Shown piece after piece: positions 26,001-37,942 of a stretch of 64,000 nt of DNA; within the stretch, counting starts at the first letter, position 1; the number at the start of each line of letters is the position of its first letter. Position numbers and translations under genes: made by a program. The notes under the pieces are model-generated. The model did not search any database and had not been told where the DNA came from. It was given only the letters and a program-made list of their open reading frames with translations. Source of the stretch: Marsupella aquatica (taxonomy: Eukaryota; Plantae; Marchantiophyta); assembly GCA_973895155.1 (NCBI GenBank), contig OZ316898.1:6249079-6313078 (forward strand), given 5' to 3'.

Positions 26001-29000
26001 GCAAAAATATCAGACTTATTGTGTAGAAAGTATATCCACACATACCTTGAATAATTGTCAATGAACGTGACATAGTATAACCGTCCAGAATGTGAGGGAG
26101 TAGGGGCTGGACCCCACACATCACTATGTACATACTCAAGTACCTCCTTGCTGGTGTGAGTTCCAACTCCGAAGGGTTTCCTGTGCTGCTTCCCAAGCAC
26201 ACAGTGCTCACAAAATTCCAACTTACAAGATAGCAAATTAGAAAGTAATCTTTTCTTCTGAAGAATAGCCAAACCTTTTTCACTCATGTGGCCCAAACGG
26301 AAGTGCCACAACCGGGCTGTCTCCTCATGAGATAAGGTTACATTGGGTTCATCACAAACTACACTACCCTCCAAAACATATAGATTTTTAAGTCTCTTTC
26401 CCTTCAATACAACTTTAGTACCAGTTGAAACTTGAAGGACACCATTAGTAGAACTCCACTGATGGCCATTTGCTTCTAAAACTCAAAGTGAAATGAGATT
26501 GGCTTCAACGTTCTCACAGCACCATCAAACATCTGAAATCTTACAGATCCAAGTCCAACAACTTGACATGGGATTCCATTTCCCATCAACACTGACCCGT
26601 TGAAAACCGTGTAAGAACTGAAACAATCTCTCCTAGAGCAAATGTAAAAAGTACATGCACTATCTAGAATCCAGTCATCACTACCTGGATTTGACACTAC
26701 GTTGAGAGCATAACCTTGACATCACAATATGTCATCATCATCGAGTAAATCTACCTCATGTGAACTCGATGCCGCATTAGCAGATGCAGTAGGGACCTTT
26801 ACTCGACAATCCCTTTTCATGTGGCCAGGCTTGCCACAATTCCAACATGCAAGAGGTTTCCTCTCTTGCGATTTCCCTCTGGATTTAGATCTCCTCCGTG
26901 ATGTAGATCTAAACCTGTTTTGCCCATTTGTGCGTTGTGCTGCTCTTCCCCTGTTCACATTGAGCATAGTGCCAGAAGAAGATGTTGTCTGTGATTGACC
27001 CAACTTCTTCTGAGCATCATCAGACAGTAATGAGCTCACCACCTCATTATACAAAATGGACTTCAGATCTCTATACAAGAGCACCTGTTTCAAGCCCTGA
27101 TATGACGGCGGTAAGGAACTTAGCAGAAGCAAGGCCTTATCCTCATCTTCAACTCCTTTTCCCAGGTTTGACAGATCCACCGCTAGACTGTCAAACTCAT
27201 CCAGGTGATCCTGCATCTTGCTCCCTTCCTTGAGCCTGAGGCTCATCAAGAGAGACTTCTTGTACAGCCGGTCTGATGCATCTTCCTGGTAGTACTTCTC
27301 TCTAAGAGCCTTGAACAGTGACGTGCAATCTGCATAATCATCCAGCTGCTTGATGATGTGCAGCTTTAGATAAAGCATCACTGTATTGACAGCAATCACC
27401 TGCTCCTGTCTCCATTGTCTCACAAAAATCTTTCCATCATACTGCTCTCGCAAAGAAAGTAGATGAGCTAAGCCCATGGCCCGTAGAACACCCTTCACTT
27501 GCTTCTCCCACAGCAAGTAATTAGTACGACCATTGTACTTCTCCACCTCAAACTTCACTCCAAATCTAGCCATCTCCCTCTTCTTCCCCACTACCAACAG
27601 CTCTGGTAGTAGAACAGCTTCCTCCACTACACGTCGCACCGGTGATTGTACCGGTGATACTAGTTCTTCTTCAAACGGTAGCAGCTCCTCTTCAGACTCT
27701 CCGTCTGACCGTCGCGATCCTGAAGCTCCACCGATGCCAATTCTTCCAGTATCCTCTGAGTCACTCATATGAAACAATCATGAAAAAAATCTTTTTTTGA
27801 AACTTCTCACAAAACTCAAAACTCAACACCGCCGCGTAGCCCATGAAGCTAGGAGTCCAATACTGAAAGTCAAAATCAAAATCAAAATTCGACAAAAAAG
27901 TTATTCAAATTTCGGTCGGGGTGGGTAAAACCTTGGGAAACTCCCCCGTTTTGACCACCTTGGAGAATAACCGAAATACCAAGTACAACCTGTTGTCGGA
28001 ATTGCAATGTGATTGGTGCACCGCGTTGCTAACTCCAGTGGCAACGTCCTCACTAGAAAAGAACCAAAAAAGTTACTGTGCGGTGGACGGAATCTTTGTC
28101 GGACAGCCAAAAAACAGCTCTCTATTTTTTGGGAATATTCCCGCACAGTCCGACAGGGCTCACAGGGGGCCGTTCCCCCTGTCCAAGTGGTTAAATCAGA
28201 GGGCGTTAGGTCCCGACACCAAGTAAAACAAGAGGGAGGGAAAAAAAGCTATTAAAAGCGCCCTTAAAGGGGGTGCTTAAGCCCCTTACCAAAATACAAG
28301 TATAAATGAAAGGGCAACGCGAGGAGGGCCAGGGGGCGTACAGGGTATTGAGGAGGGGGCCGGGAGTAAAAACAAAACAGGAGCCGGGGCATAAAAGCGG
28401 TGGGCGAGCGGCTGCTACGGCTGAATATGCGGCCAAAAATAGAGTCGGGGGGAGGGGAAAGACGTCGTGCGCCGGGGAGGGGCGCAGGCGAGAGGCACAG
28501 TTCACGGGAGGGCGAAGGGAGGCGTTGGCAGCCGGCAGGAAGGACAAAATGGCGAGGGCAGGTGGGCGGCTGCTTCTGCGTCGGCCGGCACTGCGGTGGT
28601 CAACGTCGGTCGAAGGGAGGTGCGGGCGGGGTAATGAGGCCGGCGGGTGGGGGGTCGTGTGTTTGTACACACACACAAGGGGTTATAAACCCCCTTAAAT
28701 CAAAAATTTGGACCCTAAAGCAAAAAATGCCACTTACTGTATTAGCTGCCGTTTTAAGTGAGGAAAGTGAACGCCGCCGATGGGTATTGTTGCCGAATTG
28801 CACCGGCACAGTCTGCAGCTCCAGCAAAGTAAAAAAAATTCTACCGCATTGTCTTCACTCCGCATCAAGTGCCAATCCCGGGCTCAAAATGACCGCCTTG
28901 CCGTGATCAAACCGTTGAGCCGCAACACTTTGTGTTTCTTCCACTGAGTTGGATGTCACAAGGAGAAACCCGGTTCAGATATGAACAAGCTCCATAGCTT

Positions 29001-29742
29001 GTGAAAAAACCTGAACACCTCCTTCACTCGTCACAACGCACTCGGTCACAACTCTGCAGCAACTCACCTACCAAAACGACCAGCTCGCTTCAACCTTCAA
29101 CTTGAGCTATAATGTGCGATCCCTCCCACACTGCACAGCTCACACCATTGAAAAATGCAAACTCAGGTCTCTCCCCCGAAATACCGTCGAACACAAATAA
29201 ACCCTAAACGACGCAAACTTCAATTCCTCCGCACCACAGATACTGATCAGCAAGTTCTAACCACCGTTAGAAAGCCCTCTCACTAACCTATCCGCACAGC
29301 CACACACATTCGAGTTTCATGCGACGAAACTCCAAATGTACCATCGACAATGAACGCTGGAAAACCTGTCACGAAAAAACCTCGTCACCTCCCAGGCATG
29401 CTCTGATACCACTTGTTGAGCATAGACGACATTCGTAACGGCAAGCCCATGAACCATCCAACGCACAATAGTCAACACAGAGAGATACGTGGTTCACCTC
29501 CACATGAGGCTACGTCCACGGGAACACACAAGAGCTTTACTGCACTCTAGGGCGACCGGCCATACCAAGCATCCACAGCACAAGCTCTCCCTATCTCTCA
29601 ACTAACTCCGTAAAAATGAGTCTAAGTTCTACCAGGGTCTGGCATCAGCCCTGGCTATATGCACAATAGCACTACCACTAACATTAGTTAAATCCTAACC
29701 CGAGTTAGCTCATGAGTCACAAGACTAGAGCAATATCTAACA
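23024..29742 (-). mobile_element. full-length Ty1/Copia retrotransposon (Tnt1/Tork-like), copy A
   Basis: 329-bp LTRs at 23024-23352 and 29414-29742 (about 14 mismatches by eye), AGTTA TSD, PBS TGGTATCAGAGC (tRNA-iMet) at 29400-29411, PPT AAGGGGGAGTT next to 23353. Confidence 0.96.
23560..27777 (-). pseudogene. Copia gag-pol, disrupted (gag with zinc knuckle, protease, integrase, RT, RNase H)
   Basis: VKFEVEKYNG and CWNCGKPGHMKRDC (gag); WILDSA (protease); LWHFRLGH, HSDVWGP, LRSDNGSEY (integrase); QMDVVTAFL, LYGLKQSPR, YVDDML (RT); YVDSDYG, KHIDIRYHF (RNase H). Several stops and frameshifts. Confidence 0.95.
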
Positions 29743-29759
29743 AGTTAGGCTCATTGTTA

Positions 29760-29951
29760 AACTCCATTTTTAATATTAATAATCTATTTTATTTTATAAA
29801 AAGTATATATTAGAGAATATTCTATAAACATGAGTTTATAATACCTTCTTTTGCCTCCTACGCTTTTTTAAAAATTTAGTTAATTTTTATAAAAAATACC
29901 TATTTTGGATCGCACGTGGTTCCTAAGATTTTTGATAGTCAACCCCCCAAG
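29760..29951 (-). mobile_element. truncated copy of the MITE at 44618-44904, in inverted orientation
   Basis: Reverse complement matches ~44618-44800 (ggggggttgactat..cttaggaaccacgtgcgatccaaaataggt..aaagcgtagga..gaaggtattataa..gaatattctctaat); only one TIR is present. Confidence 0.85.
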
Positions 29952-30258
29952 TTCCGCGCCTCCTCCAGGTCCTTCTGGGCTTCCTCCAATTCCTTCTGGG
30001 CTTCCTTCTTGAATCCCTTCTTTAAGGTAGCCCTCTCCTTCTGGGTTGCTCTCAGTGCCTTGTCGAGCTCCGTCATGACCTCAGACTCCATATTGTTCAT
30101 CTTGACATAAGTCTGATCGAGTTGGTCATCTTTCTCATGCAGGTCGGCCTTAAAGCTGGCCGTCAAGGATGCAAGCTCATGTTGCAACACAATAATCCCT
30201 TGATAGGATTTCCCTAACTCGGCCTCCTTCTGCTCAAGGGCTCCACGAATATCCTCAA

Positions 30259-33200
30259 CACTAGTAGAAACCGGGGGGTATTTAGACCCCATTAAATGAC
30301 TATTCAGTACCGTATAGGACTTGGAAACGACTGGGAAGGACTCTAGTCCTTTATAGGACTGCGAGTCGTATGTTTTGTTACTATAATCAACTGAGTCCTT
30401 TATAGAACTGGTTTATAAGTCGTTTAATAGACTAGATTTTCAGTCTATTTTAGTCTTTGTGTGGGTAGCTTTGGTGAGTCGTTTTTAGTCTTTTATGGGC
30501 TGCGATGATGAGTCGTTGGGAACGACTAAAAAGGTTATGGAGGGTAGTCTTTAAATATACTTTGTGGGGTATGTATAAGTCTTTCATGTCAACTGGATAT
30601 GAGTGATGAAGACCCCACTATACTACTTGGAATGAACCCACTCTTGTGCACAAATAACATATTGCATTCATGTTTTATTGTGTACTTGGAATGAACTCAC
30701 TCTATAAGTTCACCATTCATCATGTTAACATTAGAATACATAGTTTCAGAAAGCCATCTTCTATACCATGTACACTAATATGAATTCATAGATTCAAACT
30801 TCATAGACTACAAAGAAGGTCACAAAGTATTCCTCTATACCATACACACTAATACTGAAATGATAAAATAGATTCAAGTATCATAGACAATCACCATAGA
30901 GCCATAGTTTGACATCAATCACTTGTTTCATACATACAGAATTCAGAAATATCAATGTCACACACAACGTCTCCTTCATCCTCTTTACCAAATGGAAAAA
31001 TTGGTACAGATATTTCTTGGATCTTTCCAAGGCAATGTCAAAATGTGACACAATTCACATGATGCTATCTACACTTGCATTCAGTCACTGCAGACTAACA
31101 CACTCTGATGGCCAGAGCACAAGAGATCCTACTGCATCTGCAATTATTTCCTGAGGTGGATCATCGTCTCTATTCGGAAATGGCAAATTACAATCAGATA
31201 CAATCACTGTAGTCAACAACACTACTACATGGTCATCCGGGACCACTTTGCCATGGAATTTTGCATGATCCGGTCGCAAAATGCCTGTACCCACACATAC
31301 CTGCGAGTCATCCTCCCATGATAGAAGATTATGGACTGGCTCTGCTGTGGCTATCACCTCCACCTTACCCTGGCTGTTTTTCTTGGCTTTCCTGGGTGGC
31401 TTATACATGACATTATTCATACCTTGGTTGCGAGTCATGACTTTGGCACGAGTGTTTTGTGCTGGTGATCGAGAATTGGCTACACTCTTCTTCAAAGAAT
31501 CTGCATCCATATTTGACACTTCTGATTGTGTAGCAGGATTTCCCTGCGACATCATCTCAGTATCTGCCAACATTGTACTTGCTTCAATTGAAGCATCTAC
31601 AATCTTACTTGCATCCAATGTTGCTCCCAAGTTTCGACGTCGCTTCACCCTACTCCCACTTGGTTGAGAGTCTGTCAACTCTGCATCAACTACAATTCAG
31701 TGTCATGTCCAACATAAGTCAATCACTCATCACATGTGCTAAATGTACATGTCACCAACCACAAAGTTGTCACTATCTCCTTACCATTATGAACAGCCTT
31801 CTTCCCCTTCTTTGCCATTGCCATATGCTCCATGTCTGCTTCTGTTGATCAATAAACACACCACAATATTCAGGTTGAATCTATTAACCACTGAATTGTT
31901 GCTCAACATTCATATAGAGGAATTTAAAGCATCAGCTTACCTGATACCTCCTTGGCTATGGTCACTGAGGCACTGGGCACATCTTCTTCATTATTGCTCT
32001 TTGAATCACCTGATACATCAATCATGATGTCACTTCAGATCCCAGTTCATCCAACCAGTTCTTACAGAAAAGATTACCTCCAACCGGCTTAAGCTTCACA
32101 AAACTCCATGCACTTTTCAAATGTAATGTACTGGATCATAGCAGGTTACCTGTCTCAGCAACCTTCTTGCCCTTCTGCTTACTGATTACAGGGTCCTTCT
32201 CTGCCTCCACTCTTCCTGCATTCAAACCATTCACTCAATTCATGAAAACTTACTTCTAACATTTGAACATAGGACACAATGAACAATGGGCCGGTGTCAT
32301 TTCCATACCTGTGTCAGATTTGCCAATTCCTTTTTTTGTTAACAAGGGCACACTTTGTACAATGTTGCCCTCATTGTTTGGTTGGGAACCACCCAATTTT
32401 TCAATCACAAGCTTGAAATTAGATTCCACTGATGCAAGAAGGTTCGCTACAGATGCCTCCACAATATCCAAACGATCAGCCAATTTACTTTCCACTCGAG
32501 GGAGTCCACACTCTAATGACTTCAACCGTTCACACATCTCTGTGAGAGTTGTAACAGTTCCCTGTCATAACACAGCTTACATATCTCAGATAACTGTCCC
32601 CAAGAACTGGTTGCTTACTTCCTACTACATTTCTTTCTGATGCTCAAGGCCAAATAGTCACAGAACATACAGAATTACAACATAATCACCTGTTTGGAAG
32701 TTACACTTGTCACCTCACTCCTTTGTTTCATGAACTCCTCTCTCACTTCTTGTGCTGATGGTTCTTCACCTGTCAATTTCTTCTGCAGTCCACATCAACA
32801 TACATATGAATGAAACCAAGTGTTGATTGTCAATGAAAATGTAATAATGGTAGCAAGATGATAAGTTTGAGGCTTACTATCAGGCATGTCACTGCCTTAC
32901 CAATTGTTCTTTCACTGGAGCATAACTTCCTCTCCCAGCCTGTGAAAGGTGTTTCACTTTGCCTCGAGCATTTGACATCAGTTCACTCTTGCTCTGTCCA
33001 GCCTCCGACATGAACCCTTTGATTAACCGTGTCCATTGATCCAGTTCCAATGATGGGGGTGGTGGCATTCTCCTGTTAGAACCATTGTCTATCCACCTCC
33101 TTTTCAACCTATGCCTCTCTTGTTTCAAAATCCTCATTGCATAATCTGATATGCAATCTTCAACTGGGCCCTTACCATCATTACCAACATACTCCCACCG

Positions 33201-36200
33201 TTCAAGAATGTCCTTGCAGATAGCAGCCCAATCAGCTTTGTTCTGACTCCTAAACTCTGTAATGCTCAAATCTAACCAACGCAATACTTCTCCTCTTAGG
33301 TCAGAATGCCAACGGTTCTTACCATCACATGTGGGAGTTATCCAACCTTCGGAATTCACTTCTACTTTACCAAATTTGTAACTGTCTCCTGCCTTGGTAC
33401 TCCCTGAAGCGCTACTAGGTGTCCCTCCACGGCCTGGTGTCCCCCCACGGCCTGGGGTCCCTCCACGGCCTGATCTCCCCCCACGGCCTGGATTGCATTG
33501 TCCAAACCTCCCTGGAGTCCCTGCACATTTACAGGATCCATTTACAGTCACTTACATTAGGTAAGTATGAATCATAAATCCCGCTGCCAAATATACAGTG
33601 GACTTCAGAGCAATTCTGCAATGACCAAGTTACCTCTCCCTTGGAGCATAGATGGTTCTGGACCACCTGTCCTATTGCTTTGTCTTGATAAATTAGGGGC
33701 GTTTCTTCCGCCTGTGAATGATTGCCTCCTATCTGAACGTGGATGGCCTTTGTTGTTTTCGTGATTGTCCCAATCAGAGTCTGCATACCAACAGGTACAT
33801 GCCACACTCATGGACCTGTAAGATAAACTCTTTGCCCTAGCTACACATCAGATAAGTGCATATTGAGCTAAATCTCTACTACCATCACAAAATCACTAGC
33901 ACAAGGCACTTACTTGTCCAATCATCCTCCTCACCTTTCCATTGCCCTCTGTACCCGTCTCTACCATGCTCTGGGTGTTCATATTCATCCCATCCATCTT
34001 CTGCTCCATCATAGTCATCATCATAATTATCAGGCGTCCCTTGCCAATAACTCTGGCTCCTTCTAGGGTATGGATTATGTGATTTCTCTCTAACTGCCCA
34101 CCTACCTGGGACTTGATGAGGGCCCTGTGCATCTTGCACAGGTGCATTTTTCTGTGAGCCCCCTGCATCTGGGTCTCCATCCATATCCAATCTTTCCTCT
34201 TCACCCCACTCTCCAAGCCCCATGTCTGTCTCCATGTCATCACCCTCTATGAATCTATGAATCTATGACTCATGGACTAACAAAATGATTGGGTAGCATG
34301 GCAAAAGGAAAGACAAATTTCAAAATGACAACATGGCCCGTTTCCGCCATTCATTTGACGTTGCTAGGTGTCCGTAAGATGACTGACTCACAGACAATCC
34401 CGACAACCTCATCTGACAGACTGCTTTTCTAGTGTGAAGAAATACATGATTACAAGCAACACCACGCCTCATCCAAGCAGGGAATTGAAAACATAACCAT
34501 GTCATTCCTGTATTGGACAGTGTCCTCTGCCATTGCACTGCATAGTTGTTATTCCATGTTGGTTGTCAACAGTTTGTTGGCTTGCCACAACCTAGATAGA
34601 ACAATAAAATATTGTACATGAATACAACAAGAAAAATCTGCATACAGCGATGGCCCGGTCACTTGAGGAAAAAACAAAACTAAGAAGGCAGGCACACGGG
34701 CAACCGAGAAAAAAAGCTAGTGGCGCCTCGCGGAGAATCCAGAATGGTAATGCCCTCGCCCAGAAGCTTGGGAAACAAAAGAGAAAAAAGCAAAAACGAG
34801 CTACCGACCACCGTCTTGACCAGGCCTGCCACAAGGTATGGCTGGAGGCTGTGGTCCCCCCCTCAGTAAAGAAAAGGATGCAGGTTGGAGCACGGGGCAC
34901 AAGGCATGTTTGGATCCAGGAGGAGCAAAACAGTAATGTCAAGCAGGAAGTGTGGAGAGACCAATCAGTAAACAAAAATAGGGGAGAACAAACATACATC
35001 AGCAGCAGCAAGAAACGAGAAAGTTGATTTAGGAGGGATTGTAGGGAGAGAGCTTTTGGTGGGCTCGGCTGCGCGTGAAATATCGGGAGATAGATGCGCG
35101 AGAGAGTGAGGAGGGTGGCAAGCGGAAGACGGGTTGGGACTGGACCCTTGGTGCCGGTGGGTAATATATGGGGTTTCAGCAGACTTGGGGCCAGTTTGAG
35201 GAGGATTGAGAAGCGCGCACCCCACGTTCTTGGGTGGTGGTTGGGTGGGGTTTTGTTCGATTGAAGAAGAAATCACCATTCTCTTCTAGAAGAAAGAAAA
35301 TCACAGGAAATAGTGGACGGGAGAACAAGGCATGTAATAGAGAACAACAAGGCATGTAATAGAGACAGTGCGCAGCTCAGCTCCGAGGTCACACTTTACG
35401 ATGCACAGGGGGTCCTTGGTTGCACGTAGGAGAAGGACTGAATCACTGTGGCTGCTCTTCTCTACTATCGAAGCACCCGGCTGGCAGCTCCGCAAACACT
35501 GATCGTAGCTACAATCTCTACACCGTTGATTGAAGAGCAGCTGCAGCACAGTAAGGAGCTCCCACAGCCTCCCTCTTCAAAGCTCGGTTGACCTAGCTCT
35601 ACGATCGACGGAGCATGGGTGCCAGACAAAGCACAAACTGTACCATGGAGCTGGAGAAAAACACAGAGTAATTGAAGCCTAACAATACCCTTCTCAGCTC
35701 CTGATTGAATGAGGAAAAACACATTACAAGACACATTGCAGGCAATAGGATTTTAACAATGAAGTCTCGCCTGTGCTGACAGAATACCTGCTTACAGCCA
35801 CGCGTTGCTCATCCTCCCACAGTTCGGTGGCACACTATCCAGATGGCATGACGCATGCCTTAACTTATGACGATTTGCGCAGCTCAAATCAAGTAGGTTG
35901 TCCCCACAAAAAGACAGAGGACAACAAAGAAAAGCAATGTAGCCGTGATGTCTTACCAGCCCTGACAATGGGAGCTTCAAAGGCGGTGCACTGTGGCTGA
36001 AATGGCAGCACGCTGCTCGAACACTAAAGCAACACAAAACTTGGACTCTCACCTTATGCAACTCCTGGCTTGTATTCAGCTGGCGTTGGCCCACTCTAAG
36101 CTCCTGCGCCGCTCCGACTGCCAGTCGTTCTGTAGACGGTCTGTATCCTCCCTGACCGCAGCTCCTCCCCGCCCCCAGCTCGTCACCCGTGTCTTCTCCC

Positions 36201-37942
36201 CAATTTGTGGTGAGCTCCTCCTCGACCACAGCACCCTAAACTGCTTTGCCCAGCCTCTGATGGCCTTCACGTTGTTACCGATTGTCGCTCCCCACAAAGT
36301 CCACAATCCATAAACCAGGCAAATAGTGCGCCCGTAGAACAGATGCAACCCGCATGCAGCTTCACCAGCTCAATGGCAGCTCAACAGCTTAAGGGTGCAG
36401 CAAAAGGGCGTTGAATAGGTTGTCTCACCTCACCCTTCGAGAGCCGGTCATTGCAGCATCCCTAAACTCCCGATCCCTCTTCTCGGATTCCACAGAGCCG
36501 ACCACAAGAAAATGGGAACACTAAACCTCACTGTAGAGACGTTCCCACCAAGATTACACGGAAAACCTTGCTCCGATCCCTAAGCTCCCAATCCCATCGA
36601 GAGAACACGATAAAACCTTGCTCCAATCCCTAAACTCCCGATCCCACCAAGAGAACACAATAAACCTTGCTCCGCAAGTTGGGAATGTGGCGGGATCTCT
36701 AAACACATCAACAACCTGCTAAGTGTAAGCAAAGTTGCATAACCGGCTTGTTCCCTTCCAACGGTCGCGCGACTCGGGTGTCCAAACGGTACTGCAAGCG
36801 GTACAGGCCCCTAGCTTGGGATACCCTTACCAAAGTCACTGGTGTTGCCGACATGGTAACGGCAAGATTATCCTGACCCTCCATAAACCCCCTCCATTCA
36901 CTCAAGTGTTGTGAGTGACAACTTAGTGTAGTGTCGCTAAACAAATACTTTGGCCTTAGCAAATATCTGTGGTGATCGAACTTCATTAAACCAAACCTCT
37001 TTTGGTCACAAATAAGGCCATTTAATGAGTGATGCCCCTTGTCATCACCCTCTTAATTTATGCAATTACCCCTCCTGAACACAAGTGAACATTGTCCAAA
37101 TTGCCTACCCTCATGAATAATTTGTCAATTATCTTTCCCGACATATATGATGTCAATGGACATGATGGGGAACATGATGTCAATGGACATGATGCCAACG
37201 ATCCAATGGTTCCTAAACCCCCATCCCCTTAACATGCAACCCCCGACCCTTGACATCAAACCCCCCTAAACCCCCTTTAGTGAAAACCCAGCCACCCCCT
37301 AGCCTTGACATATAAACCCCCTAAACGTCTTCACAACTCGACTGTGGCCAGACTATCTTTGCAATGCCAAGGGCCATTTTTAGAGTGCATGCCGCTTGCA
37401 AGCTCAGGCTCTCAAGATCCTCCCAAGGCAGCAAACAAGTTAGGGTCCCTAAACATGTTCCTTTACCCTAAACCATTGCGTCACTATTTCAATCGAGTGT
37501 TCTTCGCCTGGACAACCCCCTAACCCTAAACCCACACCCCCTTGAGACCGGTACAAATCTACCTTTGTGCATCTCGGCCTTTTATTGATGGAGTTAGTAA
37601 TCGATCCCTCCGTAGTCCACCCTCCATGAACCTCACTCCAAAACCTTTTTTGTCACAAATAAGGCCATTTATTGAGTTATGCCCCTTGCTATCTCCCTCT
37701 TTACAGAATTACCCCTCCTCAACATAAGTGAACATTACCCATGATGTGCTAGACTATTCACCGTTCACAAAGTAGCAAGGTTACTTCTCATAGTCTTTTA
37801 GTGAACCATAAAACACTAATAGTCTTTTGTAGTCTTCAACAAAACCGGTGCAATGGGTGCGAGTCGTTTCAAGTATGGAAAAAGGACTTAGTGGGCTTAG
37901 TCCTATAAGGTATGGTCTAAATTGCCCCGGTTTCTACTAGTG
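30259..37942 (-). mobile_element. CACTA (En/Spm-like) DNA transposon, non-autonomous, 4-bp TSD
   Basis: 18-bp perfect TIR CACTAGTAGAAACCGGGG at both ends, TCAA duplicated at 30255-30258 and 37943-37946, subterminal tagtcttt/gagtcgt motif arrays, TnpA-like gene, no DDE transposase seen. Confidence 0.93.
31085..34240 (-). CDS. spliced CACTA TnpA-like gene (Transposase_24-like core plus C-terminal Tnp1/En-Spm-like domain); exon limits approximate, may be a pseudogene
   Basis: 32889-33551 RILKQERHRLKRRW..PPPSLELDQWTRLI..KSELMSNARGKV..GRGSY; 31085-31678 HNLLSW..VGTG..FHG..V.VLL..LPFP..DAVGSLVLWP; RGG repeats near 33420-33490; GT-AG flanked exons in between. Confidence 0.7.

Noticed and set aside
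28206-28906. Overlapping 130-168 aa ORFs in the Copia A 5' UTR
   Set aside because: GC-rich low-complexity sequence open in several frames on both strands, with no recognisable domain.
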